From Tubiluchus corallicola (taxonomy: Eukaryota > Animalia > Priapulida), in contig JAQGDQ010000137.1 in the NCBI GenBank assembly GCA_030141605.1, positions 248,001 through 312,000 on the forward strand: a stretch of 64,000 nt of DNA, written 5' to 3'. Shown piece after piece: positions 14,101-25,800 of this stretch. Position 1 is the first letter of the stretch. Each line of letters opens with the position of its first letter. Both the position numbers and the translations under genes were made by a program. Under the pieces are notes generated by a model. It worked only from the letters and a program-made list of their open reading frames with translations. It ran no database searches and had not been told where the DNA came from.

Positions 14101-17100
14101 TACAACTAAATTCAGTTTGAAAACGCGTATACGTAATTAAGAATACAGCTAAACCTGCCACGTGAGCCAGCTGGCCAGACAATACGGATTGATAACTCCA
14201 ACAGGACATAGTACAATTTAAGTAAAAACATTCGCGGTGTACACAACACCTGTCTGGAGACACTGTATTTCACACACGTGTGTCATGATCGCGTGCATAG
14301 ACCCAACGTTAGACACACTTCTTGCCAAATACAACAAAACCAAAATACGAATTTTAAATGCTAAATTTTCCTAAAGTTTAATTTCAGAAGGTCTAACACT
14401 TGGTACAAACGTACAGGTCTGTTCAGCAATGAAATAAGAGAGCTGAAAGAACCAAGATGAATCAAAGTCCAGCATGTAATAAACCCTTACAAAGCAGGGG
14501 GGGTATAGTGCTAAAGATGCCAAAATAACACTATTGACAACTTAAAAAGCTGCACAATCGGGCTACAAAACAGTGAATTTAACATGTTTTTAAATCATCA
14601 TTTGCATTATTACGATCATCACATACTGAAAACTCAGAAGGATTATAGAAGGACTGAGGTACCAACCCTACAAAACAGATTTTTTAAACAGACGAAATGT
14701 TGCACACATCTGCTGAAGCACAAAGGTTGCTTAAACTTGAAGTAGCTTAGGGGTTACACAAATTCAGACTAGATCAAACAGCTGATCAAAACAAACAGAT
14801 TGTCTGTGTTGCACTTTGCAATGCTAAGTAAAAGACCATGAATTCATGAGAAGAAAGCACAAACAAATGGTTAAATGGGCAATTCCATAAATTATGAAAC
14901 CAATCAGCTAAAAATTATGTTTAGTTACTTATCTGTATAATTTTTACATACAATAGGTCCTATTGTTAAATAATAATTGTATTGTGTTCAGCATATCTGT
15001 GTAATAGTAAAAAATATAAGGCGCTTTTTACACACCCAGCCTTTTTATTTACTAAAGAATTTGCTTTAGTAAACAAGACTATGTTAATAAGTCTGTAATA
15101 AATCATCTTAATAAGTGTTTCAACTTCATGTATCAAAATTTTCGATATCTCTTAGCTTATCTAAAACATGTAGAAAAAGTACTGTCCGGAACTGTACGTC
15201 CGACACGATATGTAGAGAATTCAAGAAAAATTAATATTATGCGTTTATAAAGTAAGCAGGTTGTGCTTTATCCAAACATTAGTTATTCCAAAAAAATAAC
15301 TTATGTACAGACTAGAATTTCAGGTGTTGGATGTGCCTATTGTGCATACGTCTGAAACTGTATTATCCAACACCAACCTGCTCTATTTATATAGCATCTA
15401 TTTGTTGTCGTTATTGGAGGTGGTAAGTCACTGAATGTGAGTGGTGCCATCATCATCATCATTGTCCTGGATCATTTTGCACTACAGGGGAATTTATGTG
15501 AATCGTCACCACCACCACTACCACAATCACATCCTCACTGCCATCATCACTGACATCACCACCATCGTCAATCTCTTCGTTAACATTATTATCATGGCTG
15601 TCGTCGTCGTCATCATCATTTTTGCCGTCATCACTACTGTCATTATTATCATAAACCATGTCTATTAGTCACCAAATTAACAACAGCAAAAGCAAGTAAC
15701 AGTGTTAATTGTAAATACTCAAATGAGGGTGACACCAATGATCTCCATGATCACGATACATCACGTTCTTCACTGCTTTCACTCCCAGGAGTAGTAGCAC
15801 CAATGCTAAGAAGAGTGGTTCGCAGGTTTACGTGCATACCACAGGATGTCTTAGGAAACCAAACTAAGCTTATCACCCGGTGCAGAATGTTCTTTCAGGT
15901 GAAATTGCCATCACTACACTGTTCTTATGTTAACTTTGCATTTTATAAGAAATGGCCAAAAATGACCGTTTCTCTGAAAAACAAACCAACGAAGCTTTTC
16001 GAAAATTTGCATAGTGACTGAAAGACGTTGCAAATGTACCTACATGGGTGACATTGATGATTGGAAAAATTTAAGTTTATTTCTACTATTAATTATGATG
16101 TTATGGACTAATGTTTCAGAACAAAATTTTATAGTGCAAAATTTTCCTCGTTTTCCTTGCACCATACTTTCTTAGTGTCAGACTTTCCTGGTACCATATT
16201 TTCTTCGTACCAACATTCCAGGCAACAGATTTTCTTAGTACCAAAAATTTCTTGTACCTAAAAACTACAGTACCAAATTGATCTGTGCCAAAATATCCTT
16301 GCGCTAAAAATTCTTTGTGCCAAATTTTGCCAGTATCAATGTTTCCTTATATCAAATTTGTCTGTAGCAAGCTTGCTTGTACCAAACTTTTGTACATTCA
16401 TGTGCAAGCCAATTATTATAAATTGTGAAAAAGAGAAGAATAAAAATCTGAATGGGCAGTTGTTTTTTTAACAGTTTTTAATTTCAGAAGTTACTAAACT
16501 TCGCAATCTATTTTAAAATAAACTTAATAAAATGAAATAGTTAAAATTGGCCGAAACAGGCCAAATGGGCACCCAACGCTAAATAAATGTATCTGCTATG
16601 CCTAATCTAGGAAAGATGTCCACAACATTTACAATGTTCTGCAATAGTGAGTCTCCCATTACTATCTTTACAATGTTCTGCAATAGTGATAGTCTCCAAT
16701 TACTATTTATAATGGCATCTGACAAGGAAACAATTACACTTCACATAAAAACTTGACTAACTTCACTAGTTCAGTGTTAAAACAATTGTCTGAGAATGTC
16801 GGACTGTTTACATTTTACAAGTTTTTTTAACAATGATGGAGGCAAATTGAGTTTCTTTAGGTAAACAATTTGTGCAGTAGGCAATTATTTACTCAATTGG
16901 AGTTAAACTTATTTTCACAGTAATAACTACTCAACATAACATTCTGAAATGCGACATCCATGTGTAGCGAGAACTTTTATTGTGTAGTTGGCAAAAACCT
17001 TAAAAGTAGATAATCACTATTCTCTAATTAAACATTCAAAAATTGTCCTATTTTACAAAATTGCAAAATAAACACAAAGCTGCATAAAAAACTAAGTGCA

Positions 17101-17530
17101 GAACTTTAGATAGTTTCTTTAATTTTTATTAGGTTAAACCTATTATTATCTAAAACAAAACAATTTGAATTGCTAGATGCTAACAACCGTATTTTCTTAA
17201 CATCAAATGCTGCATTCCGCATTCATGTCAGAATATTATGATATGTACGAAAAATGACATATTGGTAAGATCTCAACAGTTAATGAGAAATTGCTGCAAG
17301 GCAACTCAAAATTGTCAAAATACATCAGACCATTTAACGCTAAGAAATAAAGATAAAAATAATTGTAATACTGCATAGCCTAAAGTATTATTAGTATACT
17401 AATAAAGTCTTAGATATTTATAAACTTAAAAATATAAACACATTAATAATATGAAAATTCTGATTACTGAAATACTTATCAATTTTGACGTAAAGTTCTT
17501 TACCTTTGTGTACAGTTCTGTAGTTGTCAT
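4353..17530 (-). CDS. MYO5: Unconventional myosin V heavy chain, first four coding exons (partial; remainder lies left of the window)
   Basis: Minus-strand exons 17530-17504 (MTTTELYTK), 11264-11160 ([35 protein letters not shown]), 5417-5306 ([37 protein letters not shown]) and 4409-4353 ([20 protein letters not shown]). All GT-AG, phases 0,0,1,1 consistent. ELYTK, ARVW.PDP..VWK.AEL and [23 protein letters not shown] are characteristic of the myosin V N-terminus. Acceptor for the ATG exon at 17618-17619. Confidence 0.93.
8365..8488. repeat. ~61-bp tandem duplication
   Basis: TTTTCTACCCC..AGCTAGTTGCAGTTAGCT.CTTCAATCTCTATG.ACAGTAACTG twice. Confidence 0.9.
10140..10414 (+). mobile_element. 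Helitron/Helentron-like non-autonomous element 3' portion, copy 1
   Basis: Ends in hairpin AATGC-TTC-GCATT then CCGGA-CTAG|TTT; similar to 40265-40588 (TTCTAAATCACA..GCAGCTGG, TTCGCATTCCG). 5' boundary approximate. Confidence 0.5.
10999..11118. repeat. Compound (TA)n-(CACG/CA)n microsatellite
   Basis: Alternating purine-pyrimidine tract ~40 bp inside myosin V intron 2. Confidence 0.95.
13115..13290 (+). mobile_element. Putative SINE with A-box and 5S-like segment; related fragment ~26350-26475
   Basis: TAGCTGAGTGG, then GAAGTTAA...GATGGGTGAC (5S internal-promoter-like); CACCT..CCAG.CTATT block shared with ~26437-26470. Confidence 0.4.
15445..15655. repeat. Degenerate (CAT/CAC/CGT)n trinucleotide tract
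   Basis: Low-complexity triplet periodicity; explains ORFs 15441-15668 and 15459-15659. Confidence 0.85.
16130..16395. repeat. Degenerate ~16-bp periodic array
   Basis: Recurring GTACCAAA(T)TTTCC/T-like unit at roughly 16-bp spacing. Confidence 0.7.
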
Positions 17531-18112
17531 TTTGCTAGGCGAGTGGTTGTACAATTAATCATTGAGGGCACTTTTTATACACATTCACTCATAGTAGTTT
17601 CTCACAACAGGATCATCCTAAAAAAACAAAGAATATTGGCACTTCTATTCTCCCCAAAAATTGCAGACACCTCAAAAGTTTTTCTACTTAAAAGATTAAC
17701 TTAGATCAGTGTAATTAACTACAAAGATTGTGTGATAAACAATAAAATTGTAAATTACATCATTAAACTTCAAGTTGGTAGAAGATGGTTGTTAAGATAG
17801 TCAAAACACCCAATAAAAAGAAGATTTCTGCAATTTAGGCTCGAGGTGGATAACTCACCATTGCAGGTACCCATCATTTGACACTTGTTATACTTATGGC
17901 TTTAATTTTGGTACCCATAGTGTAAGGAACCCAAAACTGGTTATATCATATGATCATTCTCTAAACAACTTTTCTGAGAAGGATGAATGAATGGACAGAC
18001 TGTTATGTTTATTTTTTGTTTCTAAACATTTCTAATCAGCTGACATCTAAGCTTGGTTATGGCAAAGACTGTGAGTCTAACTTTCAAGAAGAAAAACGCT
18101 GGTATCCATATA

Positions 18113-18567
18113 CCGTATTTTCCCGTGTATAAGAGACCCTTTTTTGCTCAGAATTTTCACTTTAAAAATAGGGGGTCTCTTATACATGGGAGTAAGTCTT
18201 TTCAATAAGATGCATAAATTGTGACACTAATGATTTTAAAGAAATAAGTGCTCTACAACTGTTTTGCGTGTCGCGTTCGACTATGAAGCGGTTGTAAGCA
18301 ATACAAGCATCGTGACACAGGCATTATCTCCTCGTTTTCTCTTTTCCTGTTACAGGTTTGCAGGTACGCACTTTAATATATACCAGTACTCTTTTTCTAC
18401 AACACATTAACTGGTTTTATTTTGTTTTCAGTACCGCACTGAGTTGAAAAAAGTTGTACTCTACCTTCTAAAAATGTCCGTCTGAAAAAACTTTTTTCCA
18501 GAATTTTTGCCTAAAAATTGAAGGGGTCTCTTATACACAAGGGTCTCTTATACACGGGAAAATACGG
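18113..18567 (+). mobile_element. 455-bp Tc2/pogo-type MITE, copy 1
   Basis: Perfect TIR CCGTATTTTCCCGTGTATAAGAGACCC, TA on both sides, subterminal repeats of GTGTATAAGAGACCC; near-identical inverted copy at 29759-30213. Confidence 0.93.
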
Positions 18568-21509
18568 TAATCAAGGCTAGCAATGACATGTAATGATTCT
18601 TTATTATTAAAAATTATGTTTGAAAAATTGTCAAAAAAGTAAAAAAATTTCACAGCATTTTTCAAATTAAGTTAAGACTGTCCGAAACATTAATAATGTC
18701 GATGACAGCAAAACAGACATGAACGCAAAATTTATTATCATAAGCAATAACCCACACTACTTAAAATAAAAGGCAATACTACTAAAGTAATACATCACCA
18801 GAGCACGGGTACTCGAATTTACTACCCTCATGACAACACTACATGTACATTACCTCGTTTTTTCTACCTCATAGTTTGAAACATCTTAATTAAACGTCCA
18901 TAAACTTTCATAAAAAAATGTTGGCTCCTAAAGCATAGCTATCTTGAAGCCCTCAATCTCTTCTTAAATAGGTTTAGATTAGGTGCACTAACAACACTCT
19001 CTGGTAAACTCCACATGACTTCACGATGAGAAAATCATGTTAATCGAAAATCAAGCTACCTTAATTAAGTTTTCCATCACTAACTGTGACCATTGACAGA
19101 GCACGGCTCACCTAAATCATAATTATGCTTAAAATTCACAACAATTGTTATTAAAAACTATTCGCACTTCAAAAGTCATCTACCGGCTCACTCCGCTACT
19201 CAACGTCATCTGCAATCACCAACCACCAGGTGCAACAGTGTAACTTTAGCTTTCCTAGCAAGAGCGCTGAGCGCTGACTGCGTCACTGTCTATTGAGCAC
19301 AAATTTAGATGCGTCCTCAGAAATGCGTCTGTAGAATACGCAAACATTCGTCATCTAAACCTGTGCTACTGACATTACGTAGCATTGTTATCTATGGTCT
19401 AGGGCCTTTTCGCCATGATCAGTATCTAAATAAAGTAAAGGCCCGCAAAACACATTGGAACAGGAAACGTAAGTAGTAAGCCGAAATCCGAAATTAGAAT
19501 TTGTTAAACGAAAGCCAAAAAACAAGATTTTATTATGAAATTAATCAACGAGGTGATTACAGGCCCAAAGTGCAGTTTTAGAAGCAAGTCTGAATTGTTA
19601 GATTTAGACTGAAACGCAGAGTAGTCCTAGAGTTATTTTATCACTATCTAGCAAAACAAATATTAGTTATTTGAAAACTTTAGAAAGAGTTTACTGATGC
19701 TGAAATTATAGAAATTATTAGGTAAAGAGCAGAGTTACCTTTTACTGTTGGCAAAATATGCAAAGCCTGTAAAACCTTGGCCTTAAAGCGACACTGCTAC
19801 ATCATTAACATAATTTCCTATAATCTTATTAGGGCTGAATTTATTCTTCATAATGCTGTGGAGATTTGCTGGTATCTTAATAGCTAATTACCCTTTCCAC
19901 ATTTTTTTCCAAAATGAAATGATCTGTAGAGATGTGGAACAAATCCACATTTAATTAGATTTTGATACTAAACTTGAAAACTAGAAAATATGTAAAAGAA
20001 AAGTTAAGGAAAATATGGTTTTGAACCAACGACCTTCTGCTTAAAAGGTTGGGGCTCCTGGTTCAACTCTAGTCATATCCCAATTTTTTCACATTTCCTG
20101 TCTTTCAAGTTTCTTTTGTTCTTCATCATGACATTTTGTTCCAGTAAGTGAATAAACTTGCTAGTTATTACTTCTAAAAATTTAATGTAGAGTATGTTAT
20201 GGTAAACTGCAAGGCTACTATAAAAGTAAAATTGCAATTTGCTAGTATAGTCATGCACTCATTGAATTGAAACTGTACTCAGGTTTGAGAATATGCCAAG
20301 CAGAAACTGCAGTAAGATACTCATTCTGCCATTAATTTGGACATTTTTAGTTACTTGAGTACATACAGTGCAGTTGTACGGCCTGCTGTGCTTCATAGTT
20401 CTGTTGGGAATATTAACTTAAGTAGTTTCACAAAAAAATTAATATTATTTACAAGTTTCAAAACATAGCAAACACATACGCAGACAGCACTATAAATGCA
20501 CACCGCGCCACAATAAGCAAAAACGACATGGCATCAATTTATGATATGCGCTGGTCTTTGGTGCACAGTGCTGTGCGGCGTGCAGTCTGTGTGCACTTAA
20601 AACTCAAGCAGCTTGCCAACCTGGTCACAGTACTTCTGAACCTGTTCACACATGTAAATTATTAATGGAAAAAGCCATTTCATCCATCCACTAATTATTC
20701 TGTTCACTTATTTCTTCTTAGTTATGTCAAAAGATGTCTTCACACATCTAAAAGAAACATCCTACTTAACAAAGTACCAGAAGTTTTAGAAGAAGATGAG
20801 TTGGACTTTATTAGCATACTATTGCAAAATCTCGCTATCCAAGTCCTATATATGAAGGAGGGGTAAGCACGCCATTTTGTTCTAACATCGGATATACAGT
20901 TTTTTGCGCATGAAATAATAATATACGTCCGCGCACAATTTATTTGCAACACGCACGCATATTGTGGGGACCAGTTAGAACAGAACCTCTAGTACACGTT
21001 GGCGGCCAGTTCAGAGGGATCCAGGTAAATGTTAGTTTCAAACCATGAGATATACATGTGCTGAAGTAAATAAAATCTTAAATTAAAATAGTTTTTTTTA
21101 ACTTTTCGTGAACTATAGTTATTATATTGCTGGGCATGGCTAGAAAGGTAGGTTCACGTCAATGAAATGCACACTTTCAGCTGGTCTGCTGGTGTAAGCC
21201 TTTGTGGTTTGTGAGTTGTGACTATGATGTGCAACTGCATATTAGATTTCCAAGTTAGATATTCCAAGTTAGATTTCCAGGTTTCCATATTAGATATTTC
21301 CAAGTTTAGACATTAAACTTGGAAAAGACAAATAAAAAAATCAGCGTTAAAGAAGAATAGACTTTGCACCCTATAAAGGTGCCCGCCTCTGATAGGTGGA
21401 GAGAGTCGAGTATCGCAATCGCAATCGCAAATATTGATGTATAATGAAAAACGATTTCAGATAATATTCGAAACTGGAAAATCGACGGCCAGTTTTGCAC
21501 TTTAGGCAA

Positions 21510-21521
21510 CCAATGACGTCA
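21510..21521 (+). promoter_or_regulatory. Overlapping CCAAT box and CRE (TGACGTCA) upstream of the Sushi gene's putative non-coding exon
   Basis: CCAATGACGTCA in a locally CpG-richer stretch, ~155 bp before donor GAG|GTGAGT at 21677. Confidence 0.45.
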
Positions 21522-22070
21522 TAGACCTTGAAGAAAATGGTGTAGAGGAATTTGTTGATTTTTGTGTGATAATTATAAAACGGTTAGATTTCGTGAATTT
21601 AAGAATGTTATTGCCTTTATTTTTGATGACCGATTACGCAGATTTTGAGACTAAGGGAAAAATTAGCATTTGCGAGGTGAGTTTACTTGTTTTGTGGATC
21701 GTGATTCTATCATAATTCTGTGTTTTTAACTGACTTTTGCATACTTATTTTACTATAGTTTTTGTGTAATACTAATAGTTGTGTCAATGAAGTGCAGCCA
21801 CTACAAAATTGTTAATCCTTACGTGGGTCCTAAATCCATCTGTAATAAACAACACAACTTAGTGATGTCATTTCCGTGATTCACTACCGTTTAACTAAGG
21901 CTGAGATTGTAGACTGAAGTCTTAAAACAAAAAACTGTTGTTAATCAAGACCTTCCTGTTTATTCAAATGTTACTCTTTTGTACTAATTTCAGGTGAAAC
22001 TGGGTAATAAATAATTCCTAATACTAGCAATAGTAGTACAAGAAGGAATACTAGTAATACAGTACAAACG

Positions 22071-22390
22071 AAGTTGTTGATAATTTCAACAGTCTTCCTG
22101 TTCCTTGTTGCATTTAAATCATAGATCCTGCAAAAAATTGAATAGATCTGATTCAATTCCTTAAGCACAATTGTTGGATCACGTTATAGTTATTGCCATA
22201 GCGCTAAACCTAGCTAAAACAGAACTTTTTTGCACTAGTTTCTGAGTTTCGTACTTCTTGGCATTACCTGTTTCAAACAAAGTTGTTTATAATTTCAACA
22301 GTCTTCCTGCTGTTTTGTTGCATCCAAGTTGTAGATCCCACAAAAAAATTATAGCATCTGGTTCAACTCTTTAACCACAATTGTGGGATA
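22071..22390 (+). repeat. ~110-bp direct duplication (22071-22180 and 22280-22390)
   Basis: AAGTTGTT.ATAATTTCAACAGTCTTCCTG...TAGATCC...CACAATTGT.GGAT occurs twice. Confidence 0.8.
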
Positions 22391-22858
22391 ACCATTTATT
22401 TTCTAAACTTTCGCAATATTATTCCTTAGTATTATTCCTAGTATTGGGATACTAGGAATTACAGTAACACAATGCAGTAATATTATTATCATATTATTAT
22501 TCCTAGTATAAAACCTAGTGTTTAAAATTTATATTGTGTGTATATGAATTGCAATCATTATTTCTGAGATCATTGAATGTGAAGCCTGTAAAATCTAGGA
22601 AACATAAGCAACTAACTTTAGGTTGTGAAGTATGAAGGCTGCATAGGTGAATTAGAAAAGTGAATAGCCTAATAACTTCTATTAAGCATGCAAATTGTGT
22701 GTTAAAAAGGAAACTGAGCACAGTTTTAGATATAATTTTTATAGGGAATGCACTGATATTAGCACCTATGTGAAATTATTGATACATAGTACTTACTTAC
22801 AAATATTTATTTGTATTTATTTGTATTTTAGATAGATCTGTCTATGTAACAATGAAGA

Positions 22859-25800
22859 ATGCCGGGGGTGACTAGATTAAACCTTATCTGCTGGCTAGCG
22901 TGGTTGACCTTCACTAACACAATTGACACAACAACCGTTTCCACAGCCACAGTTGAACCAGCATTAGATTCCCTAGACTCTCAGTCTGGCTGTACATATG
23001 CGGGTCCATATGTCATACCACATGGAACAGTGCTTGTGAGGAGGTATGAACTTATATGAGTGAACACTTCATATGAAAAAATATTTAATTGTTGGCTGTT
23101 TGTGCATTCAGTCAGAGACTTTGTATGATTTACTGATCTGTAGTACTCATCTCAGCTGATAACTGAGGAGTTTTGGGATGCATCCTAATCTTTTTTTATT
23201 ATTTGAAAAATATTGTGTGTTGCACTTTTTTGTTTCCTGAATTGTGTTATTTTAGTGATTTGATGTTTTATTTCTATTTTTTAGAACACAAGAAGAGCAG
23301 ACAGTTATTAGTGATGCATTATCTGCTCGCTCAGGTAAACTGATCCATAAGGACCAATATGCCAAAAATTTGCCTTCTGGGTTGTTGCGATACCCGTTTT
23401 TCCTCTTTAATTATTGCGTAGTGTCACGTTAATGACATATAATTATTAGTAAACTGTAATAACAAATTATGCATTTATTATGTTGGTTTCTTGATATATG
23501 TAACTTTCATAAATAACAATTTGCAATTTCTTGTCTGACCTAAAGTGTTATTCGACATAATCCAAGGTAATTCATAATGATGAGAATAGTAACAATGAAT
23601 TAAAAAGTCTACAATTAAAAACAAGAAAAAACAAGATGTTTCAAGCTTCTAATGAAGTTTATCTTCAGCTGAAAGACAAAAGACAAAAAATCATGTGGAA
23701 TTACTAATTTTTTGTAGAGCTTTTATTTACATTGTAAACACATAAAGACATCACACTAAAGGGATAGAAACATGTAGAAAAAACACATAAACACAGTAAA
23801 TAAAAACAGCAAGGGAGAAACAGAAGTTTAAAATCACTAGCTGCTGTTATCAAAGACAGTGAGACATAAGAGAAAATAATGCTTCTTCCTTGTGTTTTTA
23901 TTTGCTGTGCTTCTGTGTTTTTTCTACTTGCTTCTATCCTTTTAGTATGTTGTCTTTATGTGCTTATAATATAAATAAAAATTCTCAAATGATTAGTATA
24001 ATAGTCCATGTGATTTTTTGCTCTTTGTCTTTTACTTAAAGATAAACTGCAGTGGCAGTTTTAAACAATCCTTCCTTTTTTAATTATGGAATTTCTTAAT
24101 TCACTGAGTTTATTCACTTTTTTAGATGATGGTGTACTATTGCTACACCACCATGACGATGTGATATATGTGTGTGATGAAGACTTTCAGATTGCACACA
24201 CTTCAAATAAACAATACAGGCTAACTTGCTTTTGGTAAGCTATTGATTTTATTTTACAATTGAAGTGGATGATAAATAAAAGTAAAGTTCTTTTTTTAAT
24301 GACTTATTAGTTTGTATTCAAAGGTGCTTTAGCCATAGAAGATGTGCCTTTCACATTTTAAACAAAATTCAAAGCATATTTGTACATTAAGAATGTTATT
24401 TACTTCACTATGCAATCTCATTTGTCAGTAACTTGAAGGCAGTTGTTTTATACAATTGACAATACTGTCTAGGAATGCTAATTAGTAGAGCTACTTCATG
24501 GTATTTTTCATGTTATCATTGTTTAAACATTTGTTGTTGCTGTTGTTGTCGTTGTTATTGTTTTTTATTATTTTCAATACTTTGATTCTTTCTTTCTTTC
24601 TTGATTACTTATTTATTTGAAGATACTTTATTAATTTATTCATTGTTTCTTCACTTTTCAACTTGTGGAGGAATTTAATTTTTGTGCTTGCAGTGCACTC
24701 GGGGTTTAGGCTTTAGTAATTTTTGCATAATGAAATTTTTTTTTTACTGTTTTATGTTGCTGTTTATACATTGCATTTGTAACTGTCAAATTAACAAGTG
24801 CTTCTTAACCATAAATTATTTTCTTAACTGAAGGTTACCTGGTGGATCCTATGGATTTTACTATCTGGGTGGATTACCCAACAGACATAAGCAAATAAAA
24901 TGTGTTAGAAATGGCGCTTTCAACACTGATACTTCCTACAGCGCAGAGTTGCCTTTTATGTCAGGATCGTGTAATTTGCCAAAAATTGAAAATGGGTAAG
25001 TTTTTTATGTGTGCCAAGGACTAATCACTTATATTATATTTAACGCTTGGTCTGCTGAAGTTTAGCAAACAGATACTCATTAGCTTTTTTGCGAATAAGT
25101 AAGCAGATGACATTTTATTTTTATTAATTATTTGAGAAAGAGTAAAATAGGAGGGAATTGGGAATCATTTTTCGTAGACAGTAAAAGGTATACTAAGACA
25201 GAGTACAGTTGATAGCTTCTACAGAAATACATCACAGGCAGTTAGGAAATGTACCAGCATTTAACTGACCCTTTGGTTACTAGATAGTAAATCATTTCTG
25301 TGTTCTGTGTTTAATTGTATATTTTCAACATGTGCAGTGTAGTAAATTACAGAAAGCAAACTGTAAAACAGGCAGAGGCATAGCAAAGGGGGCGACGATG
25401 AGCAGTCGTTTCCGGGCCCGAAGGTGAGAGGGTGCAAAATTCTTCTAGAACAATGACTCTTAATTATTAATTACTAACCTTGATACTAGCAATTAACGAA
25501 ATTTTCAAACTAGAAAAATTGCCCAGTCAGAGATTATTGTAGTTAACTCAGTTACTACGTACAGCTTATAAAAAGGCTAATGTTGTTATTTAATGACTTG
25601 TGTATTGTGGTGCAGGGTTTAGCAGATCAATAATTTTGGGAAAAACTGTCGTGTTATTCTCTTAATGCAAATTGTATTATTGCGAAGACCTGCAGTGTTT
25701 TCTTAATGCAAATTGTATTATTGTGAAAACCTGCAGTGTTCTCTTAATGCAAATTGTATTATTGTGAAAACCTGCAGTGTTCTGTAATGCAAATTGTATT

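Noticed and set aside
15441-15668. His-rich or Asp-rich ORFs
   Set aside because: By-products of a degenerate trinucleotide tract; no splice or homology support.
20018-20072. tRNA gene on minus strand
   Set aside because: Only a B-box/T-arm-like stretch with no cloverleaf; more likely a decayed SINE head.
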